This document shows, piece after piece, positions 20,467-29,001 of a DNA stretch of 64,000 nucleotides. Source of the stretch: a virus. Taxonomy: Duplodnaviria; Caudoviricetes. Every line of letters begins with the position of its first letter. Position 1 is the first letter of the stretch. The stretch is taken from IMG/VR virus record IMGVR_UViG_3300009082_000959, one strand, 5' to 3'. Both the position numbers and the translations under genes were made by a program. The notes below the pieces were generated by a model. It saw only the letters and a list, made by a program, of their open reading frames with translations. It had not been told where the DNA came from and did no database searches.

Positions 20467-23400
20467 ATGCTATTCAATAATTTTAAAATTTTATCAAAAC
20501 GCGCCAAAGTTGTCAGTGATAAACCTGCATACAAAGACAAACAAGAAAGTGACAGCGGGAACACAATTTATCACTATGACGAAAAACATTTATCAAAACG
20601 CTGGCAACACAAGCGAGATAAGGTAAAAAATCTCGAAAAAAATGTAAAGAAAATACGAGAACAATATGAGAAGGATTTAAGTTCAGATGATCCCAGAACA
20701 CGCGCTATTGCTGCTGTTGTTGGTGTTATAGATGATACGGCCGCGCGCGTTGGAAATCCTGACTCTATTAAAGATCATGACACATATGGTATAACTACGC
20801 TAAAACTAAAGCACATTTCGTTTAGCGGCGGCAAAGCAAAACTAAAATTCCCAGGAAAAGACAATGTTAATCAAGACCTTACTGTTGATAATAAGAAAGT
20901 CATTAAGGTCTTAAAAGAACTTACCAAAGACAAGAAAAAAGATGATTTCCTTTTTGAGGTTGATGGGAAAAGAATTTGGGACCGTGCTATCAATAGATAT
21001 TTGTCTCCCTTTAAGATTAGTGCAAAGGATTTGCGCGGTTTCCATGCCAATCGTTTAATGAAAGAGTTACTGAAGAAAAAAGACTTTGACGAGGCTTTAG
21101 AGGAAACGGCCTCCATTGTGGGTCATGAAAAAGCAACGCTCAAAAATCAATACCTTTTACCCGAATTAGTCGAAAAATACGAAGGCAAAAAGAAAGATGC
21201 TAGCATAATGCGTTTATCAAAACGCGCTGAACTCACACCAGAAGACTTGGCTTGGGTTAATAGCATTAAGGGTTTGACTGCTGATGTTCCTTCTGCGCCA
21301 GCAACACAAACAGGTGGCGTAAAAATAAACAGTTTAATACTAGCTGCTTGGCAAACTTTATTACCATTTTTGCCAAAGGGTTCTGTGATTACTTCCGGAG
21401 AAAGAACGGCAGATGATCAAAAACGAATCCTGGAACACTATTGGCAAAAAGCAACTGGCCAAAAAATACCAGATAAACTTAAAGCCAATGATAGCGTATG
21501 GTTCCAAGTATCTAAGTCTCTTAAAGAGGACTATGGTTATATAGTTGGACCTCCGAAAACAAATGATCCTTATTCTCACTTGAACGGAAGAGCACTTGAT
21601 GTTTCTGGTGCAAACTTAAATCAAATTGCCAATATAGCGGCTTCTGTATCAAACAACCCAAAATTACCAGTAAAATTTAGAAAACCAGTAATAGAGAAGC
21701 AAAACAATTGTGTTCATCTGGGAATAGAGAACGCAGAATATAATCCTGCGGCAATTAAAGAAGTATTAAGTAGCGGATTGGGAGTTACTGCATCTATATC
21801 TGTGCGTGCAAATAAATTTTTGGATGAAATGGGTTTTGGTCTTGAAACAGAACAGGGTGATTTATTTGAGAAATCACCAATATTCAGGCATTATGATGGC
21901 TACCAAACATACAAAATTCATGATATTAGCGAAACAGAAGCTAGCAAATTAGCAAAGAGTGAACCAGACGAATTCTTTTATCGCGGACTACACAAAGAAT
22001 ACGCTAATCTTGTTCCTGGTGCTTTACGTAGCATGATACAATCGAATGCAAAATTTTTCTTTGTATTTGATTATCACAAAGATGAAAAATATTCAGACTT
22101 GTTAATTTTGGCCGCCGAACTATTATCTCAACAGGACCCTAGGGCATTTTTCTATTTCGGCCTACATAAAAAGTTTCCAGAATTAGGCAGAGGTGCTGTT
22201 GTTCAGTTGATTGATACCAATCCGGACTCATTTTTCGATCTTGGTCTGGAAAAAGAATACAGCGATTTAGAGGGAAGTGCTGGTGCTGCCAGAAACATAA
22301 AAGACCCAAATAAAATTGAAATAGAAAAAGATTCTAATTTGAATAAAGCAGCAGAGGAAGACGACGAAGAAAAAAAGAAATTAGAGGAATATTTGAAACT
22401 TCGAGAAAAATATAAGCGATTATTTAAAGACAGAGACTATAAAGAGTTTCCACCAGAGGACCGCAAAAAGGAATTTTGGAAGCATCAATTTAATCCAAAG
22501 GAAATTGGTAGTTTTCCTAGTTTCTGGGAATATCCAAAAGAAGAAGACCCGGATCGTGAGGAAAAAGAAGAAGACCTTAAAAAAAGACGCAAACAGTACT
22601 GGCAGCACCAATTAAGTCCCACCCGGTGGCTTGGCTATGGCGCTATTCCTTTTTGGAAATATCCGAAGAGTTCTGTGATGCCAGTGCTATCAAAACGCGC
22701 AGAAGTCAATGACGTTGCTGGCGTATTTGCAGTATTGCCAAAAGAAATAGCAAAACAATTTAAGTCTCTTGGTGACCACGACAACAGTGATCCACACATA
22801 ACTGTGATTTTTTGCGGTAAAGTAAAAAAGAAAGATAGAAAGTTGCTGGAAGAAACTGTCAGAGGAGTAATAGAAAACTGGAAGCCCTTTAAAGCAGAAT
22901 TAGATAGCAAGGTCACTTATTTTCCTGCAACCAAAAATTCAGATGGCTGTAAAATAGCTAAAATGAGTGTGAAATCCAAAGAACTTCACAGACTGCACAA
23001 AGAATTAAAAGAAGCGATTGAAAGCGCCGGAATAGAAATCGATGATACATTTCCTGATTACAAACCACACGTGACATTGGAATATTTAGAAAAAGGTGCA
23101 ACAAAATACGAAGACGAAGTTCCGGAAGGCTCTTGGGAAATAGATTGTGTAGAAATTTGGGGAATTGGTAAAAATAGAAAAATTAAATTTGACAAGCACG
23201 AGAAGAAAGCGTGTCTATCAAAACGGGCATCATTCACAGAAGAAGAGGCGAAGGAACTGGCCGAAAAAGGTTCTGATACTTTTTTTTACTATCACCTACA
23301 GGAAACCTACCCACATCTCGCAGAACAGGCGGCGCGTAATCTAGCAAAAGTATCAGCATTTGATTTTTTTTATTACAGACTACACGAAACATACCCACAT

Positions 23401-26400
23401 CTTATAGAATACACAGTACAAAAGTTGGTAGAAGAGAATCCCAAAATGTTCTTTTTTCGTGGTTTTCACAAAACATATCCACATCTTACAGAACAAGCCG
23501 CCAAAAACCTAGTAGAAGAGGATTCTGGATATTTCTTTAGTTATGGACTACAGGAAACATTTCCACATCTTACAGAACAAGCCGCCAAAAGCCTAGCAGA
23601 AAAGGATCCTGATACTTTGTTTTTTAGGAAACTAGATAAAATTTATCCACAATTAGGTGAGTTGGCAGCCAAAAACCTAGCAGAAAATAAACCTGCCGAT
23701 TTCTTTTACTTCAAGCTGCATAAAACCTACCCACAAATAGGAGAACAGGTGGCCAAATACCTGGCAGAAAATAATATTAGTACATTCTTTCATTACAATT
23801 TACAAGAAATCTACCCAAAACAGGGCGAGCTACTATCAAAAAATCTAGCAGAAAAGGATCCTGATACTTTCTTTCGCAGGGAATTACACAAAATTTATCC
23901 GCAACTAGGTGAATTGGCAGCAAAGAGTACGGCAGAAGAGGATCCAAAAAAGTTCTTTCTTTTTGGATTACACAAAACCTATACACACTTTGCAGAATTG
24001 GCAGCAAAAGGCATTGCGGAAATCATTCCTGGTTATTTCTTTGATACTGAATTACATAAAATATACCCACAGTTATCAGAACAGGCTGCCGAAAATTTGG
24101 CGAAAGAAAATATTGTGTCCTTCTTTTATCGCAAAATACACGAAACCTATCCACATATCGCAGAACAAGCTGCCAAAAACCTAGCAGAAAATGATGAGGG
24201 AGAATTCTTTAAATTAAATTTGCAAAAAACTTATCCACAGTTTGCGGAACAACCAATAACAAATAGATTAAAAGCACAGAAACAATTTGATTACGAAAAT
24301 CCCGATCACAGAAATAGACCTCTTAAAGCAAAACAATTAGCCAGTAAAATGTATAATCAGGGATATAAAACCTACATACACACTAATGATTTAGATGATT
24401 TGGATGGAATCGGCAGTATTCCTGGGGAAATTTGTGTAAGTTCTTGGGACTTATCCAGAAAACTGTTTTCCTCAAGCCCAATGACTTACGCTGCAATTTT
24501 TGAGGGAAGACCTTCACATTTCTTTAATCAAGATGCTTGGTCTGACGTAGGTCAGGATGGCCTACGATTTTTGACAAGTATTGGGAGAGATAGGGACTTT
24601 TACGAAATGGATGAAAACCATGACGAAGCTTGGTTTAATCCACTAGCACCAGGAAACAAATTAGTTGGCTTTGCTTTAGTGGGAATACCGAAAGATCAAG
24701 AAACATATCAAGATGGAAAGAAAAAACTACAAAAACTGGCGGAGAAAAACGGAGTAGCGTATTTGGAGTTTGGAGAAAATCCTTGGGACTTGAAAAAAAT
24801 CAGAGAAAAACCTTTAATGAAAGAATATGAAAAACCAAACCCAATGATCAGCAAATATAAAAATCTACCAGAAATGAGAGACTACGCTAAACTGAAACTA
24901 TCAAAACGTGCCGAAGAGGAAACAACAATACAACTTACCGACAAAGAAAAACAAATCTTTGATGTTTTGCTTGAAACAATAAAGCATTTTAATTTAAAAT
25001 CCACCATTAGAGTTGCCGGCGGTTGGGCTAGAGATAAAATACTTGGGAAAAATAGTAAAGACATAGATATAGCAATTGATAATATGTCTGGTAAGCAGTT
25101 TGCCGAAAAAGTATTGCTATTTGCTCGCACGAAAAACATTCCAGTAAAATCAGTTGGAGTAATAGAGGCCAGACCAGAACAATCAAAACATCTCGAAACA
25201 GCTGTGGTTAATTTACTAGGCGAGAGTATAGACTTTGTAAATTTGCGCGCAGAAAAATATGATCCAGAAACCAGAATTCCAACGGCAGTTCCTGGAACTG
25301 CTCTTGAGGACTCATATCGTAGAGACTTGACCATTAATAGTTTATTTTACAATATTAATACTGGGAAAATAGAAGATTTGACCGGCAAAGGTATAGATGA
25401 TTTAAAAAATAAAATAATAAGAACGCCAGTTCCGCCGAAGGAAATTTGGTCACAGGTTGGAATTACAGACGAATCACAAGCAATTACTCCAAAGAAAACC
25501 TTTATGGATGACCCACTTCGTGTTCTTCGTGCAATTAGGTTTGCCTCAAGATACGGATTTTCTTTGGCACCAGAATTAATGGAAGCAGCAAAGGACCCCG
25601 AAGTTCAGGAATCATTTAAAAACAAAATATCTAGAGAGCGCATCGAGGCAGAATTAAGAAAAATGATAACTGGTCCAAATCCTGTTTGGGCTCTAAATTT
25701 AATAAACGAGTTGGGTTTTAGGTCTGAAGTATTAAAACTCCCAGAACAAACAAACTGGAAAACCGGTGATGAAGATATTTGGGGAAACATAATTCAAACA
25801 CTGGATAATTTACAAAGTATAATAAAAGAAAGAAATTTGGGTGAAGCAGACAAGTTCGTTATTAATTTTGCGGCATTCTTGCATGATGTTGGCCTACTTG
25901 ATCCAAAAAACCAAGACGCGAAAAAATTGGAGAAATCCATTGGACGATCTGAATCCAGCGTCGTAGTCGCAGAACATGTATTACGAAATTTGCCAGGCGT
26001 AAGGGTTGATGAAATAGAAAGAGTAAAGAAACTAATAGATGCCACCAAACTAATAGAAAACCAAAAACACGATTTGTCTGCTATTACACGAAAACAATTG
26101 GGTAATTTTGTTAGAGCAATAGGAGACGATTGGGAAAATGCAGTTGATATTTTGGCTGCACGAAACAAGGCCAACGAAGGATTTAGTCCAGAGTATTACA
26201 GTGGAATTAAAAAACAGGTAAAGGATTTTGGTCTTGAAAAAGCCCACACAATGAAACCGCTTTTGACTGGCGAAGAATTAATGAAATTGTTTGAAAGAAA
26301 GGGCGGAAAGTGGATGGGAGACCTAAATAGAGAACTAATTCAATGGCAGTTAGAAAATCCAAACGCAACGAAGGATGATGCAATTGTCGCAGCAAAAGAC

Positions 26401-28275
26401 ATTTATGGTAAGTTTGGGTTAGATAAAAAATCATCTCTTGGCCGTTTGTCTAAATTGGCTAGTGCTGGTTTTTCAGATAAAGATGTAATTGATTTATACA
26501 AATTTATGTATTTGCGAAACCAATTAGAAAGAAGAGGAGACCCGGAAAGCGATAGTTATATTGAGTATTTAGATGAAACTATGAATGATAAACTAAAGCA
26601 TATTTTTTATGTCCTGTCGACGGTATTTGAAAAATGGCTAAAAAGACATCGAGCTATGTTTGGTGATTTAAATAATCTAGAGAATTTTGAAACCGCCGTT
26701 GCATGGTATGTTGGTAATTTAATGGATCATGTGCATGAAAAAGACATCAACAAGGCGGAGCAATACTTACCACAGTCTCGTGATGAGGTTTTAAAGTGGA
26801 AAAATACATTTAATACAATACACGAAATATACGAAAATCTTGCAAAAGGTCCATCCAGAGACATGAATAGTAATTTCTCTATAATAAGTCGCGCAATTGG
26901 GGCATCACATATCCATGGTGATATGTTGTCGTATATTAAAGAAACAGTCGATGATCCAAACCAACAAATTACGCCAGAATTAATGTCTCAATTGACTTCT
27001 GGAAAACACGAAGATTTTAAAGAGTGGAACAAAGAACTGCGAAGAATTGGTTGTAAAAAATTACACTTATCGAAGAGAGCGTCTGTTTCTGAAGAAGAAG
27101 CAAAAGACCTAGCAGAAAAAGATCCAGATAGTTTCTTTATAGACAAACTACACAAAATATACCCCAAACTTGGTGGGTTAGCTGCAAAGAATTTAGCAGA
27201 AAAAGATCCTAATAAATTCTTTTCTAGATCACTACATATAACCTACCCACATCTTGAGGAATTAGCAGCCAAAAACCTATCAGAAAATGATCATTATAGT
27301 TTTTTTTATAATGGATTACACGAAATTTATCCGCAACTAGGTGAGCAAGCTGCCAAAAACCTAGCAGAAAATGATTTTCATGAGTTCCTTGCTTTTGGGT
27401 TACACAAAATCTATCCCCAAACCGCAGTTCAAGCAGCAAAAAATCTGTCAGAAAAAGATCCAGAAAATTTCTTTTATTTCGAACTACAGCAAATCTATCC
27501 ACAATTCGGGGCCCTGGCGGCCAAAAAGATAGCAGAAGATGATGCAGAGAAATTCTTTAAATTAAATTTGCAAAAAACTTACCCACAGTTTTCAGAACAA
27601 CTCATAAAAAACAGACTAAAAGCACAGAAACAATTTGACGAGGAAAATCCAAATCGCAAAAATAGGCCACTTAAAGCAAAGCAATTGGCTAATGAAATGT
27701 ATAATCATGGATATAAAACCTACATACACACTAATCACCTAGAAGATTTAGACGGAATTGGTAGTATTCCTGGGGAAATTTGTGTAAGTTCTTGGGATTT
27801 GTCTCGTAAGCTTTTTTCTGCAAACCCAATGACTTATGCTGCTATTTTTGAGGGGAAGCCTTCACACTTTTTTAATCAAGATGTTTATTCTAATATAGGC
27901 AAAGATGGCTTGCGGGTTTTGACAGACACCATGCGTGATGACACCTCTATTTACGAAATGGATGAAAACCATGACGAAGCTTGGTTTAATCCACTTACTC
28001 CGGGAAACAAACTGGTTGGTTTTGCTTTAGTGGGAATACCAAAAGACGAAAAAGAATACCAAGAAGCCAAGAAACAGCTACAAAAACTAGCGGAGAAAAA
28101 TGGAGTATCTTTCCTAGAATTTGGTGAAAGTCCCTGGGACTTGAAAAAAATCAGAGAAAAACCTTTGATGAAAGAATATGAAAAACCAAACCCAATGATC
28201 AGCAAATATAAAAATCTACCAGAAATGAGAGACTACGCTAAACTGAAACTATCAAAACGAACCAACATTGGTTGA
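20467..28275 (+). CDS. 2602-aa multi-enzyme protein (probable polyprotein) segmented by LSKRA motifs
   Basis: One uninterrupted ORF; six exact LSKRA plus ISVRA, LNKAA, LSKLA and LSKRT fall at domain boundaries. Confidence 0.9.
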   Translation: MLFNNFKILSKRAKVVSDKPAYKDKQESDSGNTIYHYDEKHLSKRWQHKRDKVKNLEKNVKKIREQYEKDLSSDDPRTRAIAAVVGVIDDTAARVGNPDSIKDHDTYGITTLKLKHISFSGGKAKLKFPGKDNVNQDLTVDNKKVIKVLKELTKDKKKDDFLFEVDGKRIWDRAINRYLSPFKISAKDLRGFHANRLMKELLKKKDFDEALEETASIVGHEKATLKNQYLLPELVEKYEGKKKDASIMRLSKRAELTPEDLAWVNSIKGLTADVPSAPATQTGGVKINSLILAAWQTLLPFLPKGSVITSGERTADDQKRILEHYWQKATGQKIPDKLKANDSVWFQVSKSLKEDYGYIVGPPKTNDPYSHLNGRALDVSGANLNQIANIAASVSNNPKLPVKFRKPVIEKQNNCVHLGIENAEYNPAAIKEVLSSGLGVTASISVRANKFLDEMGFGLETEQGDLFEKSPIFRHYDGYQTYKIHDISETEASKLAKSEPDEFFYRGLHKEYANLVPGALRSMIQSNAKFFFVFDYHKDEKYSDLLILAAELLSQQDPRAFFYFGLHKKFPELGRGAVVQLIDTNPDSFFDLGLEKEYSDLEGSAGAARNIKDPNKIEIEKDSNLNKAAEEDDEEKKKLEEYLKLREKYKRLFKDRDYKEFPPEDRKKEFWKHQFNPKEIGSFPSFWEYPKEEDPDREEKEEDLKKRRKQYWQHQLSPTRWLGYGAIPFWKYPKSSVMPVLSKRAEVNDVAGVFAVLPKEIAKQFKSLGDHDNSDPHITVIFCGKVKKKDRKLLEETVRGVIENWKPFKAELDSKVTYFPATKNSDGCKIAKMSVKSKELHRLHKELKEAIESAGIEIDDTFPDYKPHVTLEYLEKGATKYEDEVPEGSWEIDCVEIWGIGKNRKIKFDKHEKKACLSKRASFTEEEAKELAEKGSDTFFYYHLQETYPHLAEQAARNLAKVSAFDFFYYRLHETYPHLIEYTVQKLVEENPKMFFFRGFHKTYPHLTEQAAKNLVEEDSGYFFSYGLQETFPHLTEQAAKSLAEKDPDTLFFRKLDKIYPQLGELAAKNLAENKPADFFYFKLHKTYPQIGEQVAKYLAENNISTFFHYNLQEIYPKQGELLSKNLAEKDPDTFFRRELHKIYPQLGELAAKSTAEEDPKKFFLFGLHKTYTHFAELAAKGIAEIIPGYFFDTELHKIYPQLSEQAAENLAKENIVSFFYRKIHETYPHIAEQAAKNLAENDEGEFFKLNLQKTYPQFAEQPITNRLKAQKQFDYENPDHRNRPLKAKQLASKMYNQGYKTYIHTNDLDDLDGIGSIPGEICVSSWDLSRKLFSSSPMTYAAIFEGRPSHFFNQDAWSDVGQDGLRFLTSIGRDRDFYEMDENHDEAWFNPLAPGNKLVGFALVGIPKDQETYQDGKKKLQKLAEKNGVAYLEFGENPWDLKKIREKPLMKEYEKPNPMISKYKNLPEMRDYAKLKLSKRAEEETTIQLTDKEKQIFDVLLETIKHFNLKSTIRVAGGWARDKILGKNSKDIDIAIDNMSGKQFAEKVLLFARTKNIPVKSVGVIEARPEQSKHLETAVVNLLGESIDFVNLRAEKYDPETRIPTAVPGTALEDSYRRDLTINSLFYNINTGKIEDLTGKGIDDLKNKIIRTPVPPKEIWSQVGITDESQAITPKKTFMDDPLRVLRAIRFASRYGFSLAPELMEAAKDPEVQESFKNKISRERIEAELRKMITGPNPVWALNLINELGFRSEVLKLPEQTNWKTGDEDIWGNIIQTLDNLQSIIKERNLGEADKFVINFAAFLHDVGLLDPKNQDAKKLEKSIGRSESSVVVAEHVLRNLPGVRVDEIERVKKLIDATKLIENQKHDLSAITRKQLGNFVRAIGDDWENAVDILAARNKANEGFSPEYYSGIKKQVKDFGLEKAHTMKPLLTGEELMKLFERKGGKWMGDLNRELIQWQLENPNATKDDAIVAAKDIYGKFGLDKKSSLGRLSKLASAGFSDKDVIDLYKFMYLRNQLERRGDPESDSYIEYLDETMNDKLKHIFYVLSTVFEKWLKRHRAMFGDLNNLENFETAVAWYVGNLMDHVHEKDINKAEQYLPQSRDEVLKWKNTFNTIHEIYENLAKGPSRDMNSNFSIISRAIGASHIHGDMLSYIKETVDDPNQQITPELMSQLTSGKHEDFKEWNKELRRIGCKKLHLSKRASVSEEEAKDLAEKDPDSFFIDKLHKIYPKLGGLAAKNLAEKDPNKFFSRSLHITYPHLEELAAKNLSENDHYSFFYNGLHEIYPQLGEQAAKNLAENDFHEFLAFGLHKIYPQTAVQAAKNLSEKDPENFFYFELQQIYPQFGALAAKKIAEDDAEKFFKLNLQKTYPQFSEQLIKNRLKAQKQFDEENPNRKNRPLKAKQLANEMYNHGYKTYIHTNHLEDLDGIGSIPGEICVSSWDLSRKLFSANPMTYAAIFEGKPSHFFNQDVYSNIGKDGLRVLTDTMRDDTSIYEMDENHDEAWFNPLTPGNKLVGFALVGIPKDEKEYQEAKKQLQKLAEKNGVSFLEFGESPWDLKKIREKPLMKEYEKPNPMISKYKNLPEMRDYAKLKLSKRTNIG
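20506..21213 (+). other. Polyprotein module: DNA topoisomerase IB catalytic domain
   Basis: ARVGN, TYGITTL, FPGK, AKDLR, VGH, NQYL: the R-K-R-H-Y catalytic set is present. Confidence 0.9.
21229..21795 (+). other. Polyprotein module: peptidase M15-type Zn peptidoglycan hydrolase
   Basis: ITSGERTADDQ, YSHLNGRALDV (SxHxxGxAxD) and CVHLG supply the H/D/H ligands. Confidence 0.75.
22702..23214 (+). other. Polyprotein module: 2H phosphoesterase (2'-5' RNA ligase/LigT-like)
   Basis: Two HxT motifs: DPHITV and YKPHVTL. Confidence 0.88.
23257..24264 (+). repeat. 12 tandem 84-nt (28-aa) repeats, consensus LAEKDPDxFFxxxLHKxYPQLGEQAAKN
   Basis: Counted directly in the translation; 12x84=1008 nt ends exactly at ...PITN. 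Confidence 0.9.
24265..24897 (+). other. Polyprotein module: unknown enzyme-like domain, copy A (possibly ADP-ribosyltransferase fold)
   Basis: YIHT...EICVSSW...NHDEAWF spacing resembles the ART H/R-S-E triad; fold call is weak. Confidence 0.35.
24913..26445 (+). other. cca: Polyprotein module: CCA-adding tRNA nucleotidyltransferase with HD-like segment
   Basis: RVAGGWARDKILG, KDIDIA, DFVNLRAEKY, EDSYRRDLTIN, DDPLRVLRAIRFA, KISRERI, FLHDVG. Confidence 0.92.
27109..27612 (+). repeat. 6 tandem 84-nt (28-aa) repeats of the same family as 23257..24264
   Basis: Counted in the translation; 6x84=504 nt. Confidence 0.9.
27613..28248 (+). other. Polyprotein module: unknown enzyme-like domain, copy B (duplicate of 24265..24897)
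   Basis: High amino-acid and nucleotide identity to copy A; the last ~125 nt differ at one position by my reading. Confidence 0.8.
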
Positions 28276-28319
28276 AATATACTAATAAAATCACATTTAT
28301 CAGTAGAAGGAGAGAGTTT

Positions 28320-29000
28320 ATGAAAAAAATCGCATCTGGCGCCGAGATTATGAGCACCATACTATCTTTTACTGAAGCACTCGAAGAAATGTATGAGCAT
28401 ATGCATTGGAGGGCTTCTGGACCAAATTACTACGGTGATCATCTTTTGTATCAGAGACTGTATGAAGACATAGAGGGCGAAATAGATGGAATAGCTGAAA
28501 AGGCAGTTGGTGTTTTTGGGCCAGATTCGATAGGCCCAAACAAAAATATTTCAGAAACAGCCAAAATAACTGAAAAACTTATTTCTGATACTGATACAGC
28601 AGAAAAATTTCCAGAGATAGCAATATCCGCAGAGGAAAAGTTTGTTGAATTGGTTTCTCGCGCGCTTAAAGAAATGGATAAAAGCAACGAATTAACCAAT
28701 GGCATAGATAATATGCTACAGGGTGTGGTAGATAGCCACGAAGGTCACTTGTATTTATTAAAGCAAAGGGCTAATAAAAAGGAATCAAGCACAGTCATAA
28801 GACTGTTTAAGTTGGCATACTATTTGGATAGAAAGTCCTTATACAACGAAGCACGAGAAATAGAAGAAGTTATGCTACAATTGGCAAAACGAGTGGGCAT
28901 AAATCAAGAAGAAATGGTATCACTGGCTGATGAATTGGATCAAATTGGGGATACTGTCGTAGCGGATAAAATAGATAATATGATTAAATCAAATAAATAA
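28320..29000 (+). CDS. Ferritin/Dps-like domain protein with two C-terminal hairpin tags
   Basis: AGGAG SD then MKKIAS; HMHWRASGPNYYGDHLLYQRLYE...IDGIAEK is a Dps-like signature; tags LFKLAYYLD.. and VSLADELDQIG.. Confidence 0.75.
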   Translation: MKKIASGAEIMSTILSFTEALEEMYEHMHWRASGPNYYGDHLLYQRLYEDIEGEIDGIAEKAVGVFGPDSIGPNKNISETAKITEKLISDTDTAEKFPEIAISAEEKFVELVSRALKEMDKSNELTNGIDNMLQGVVDSHEGHLYLLKQRANKKESSTVIRLFKLAYYLDRKSLYNEAREIEEVMLQLAKRVGINQEEMVSLADELDQIGDTVVADKIDNMIKSNK

Positions 29001-29001
29001 T

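Noticed and set aside
23257-27612. 84-nt tandem repeats as a CRISPR array
   Set aside because: They are in-frame, degenerate at synonymous positions, with no constant repeat/unique spacer structure; no cas genes seen.
24265-28248. Diversity-generating retroelement TR/VR pair
   Set aside because: Differences between the duplicate copies are not adenine-specific, both copies are coding, and no reverse transcriptase is present in the window.
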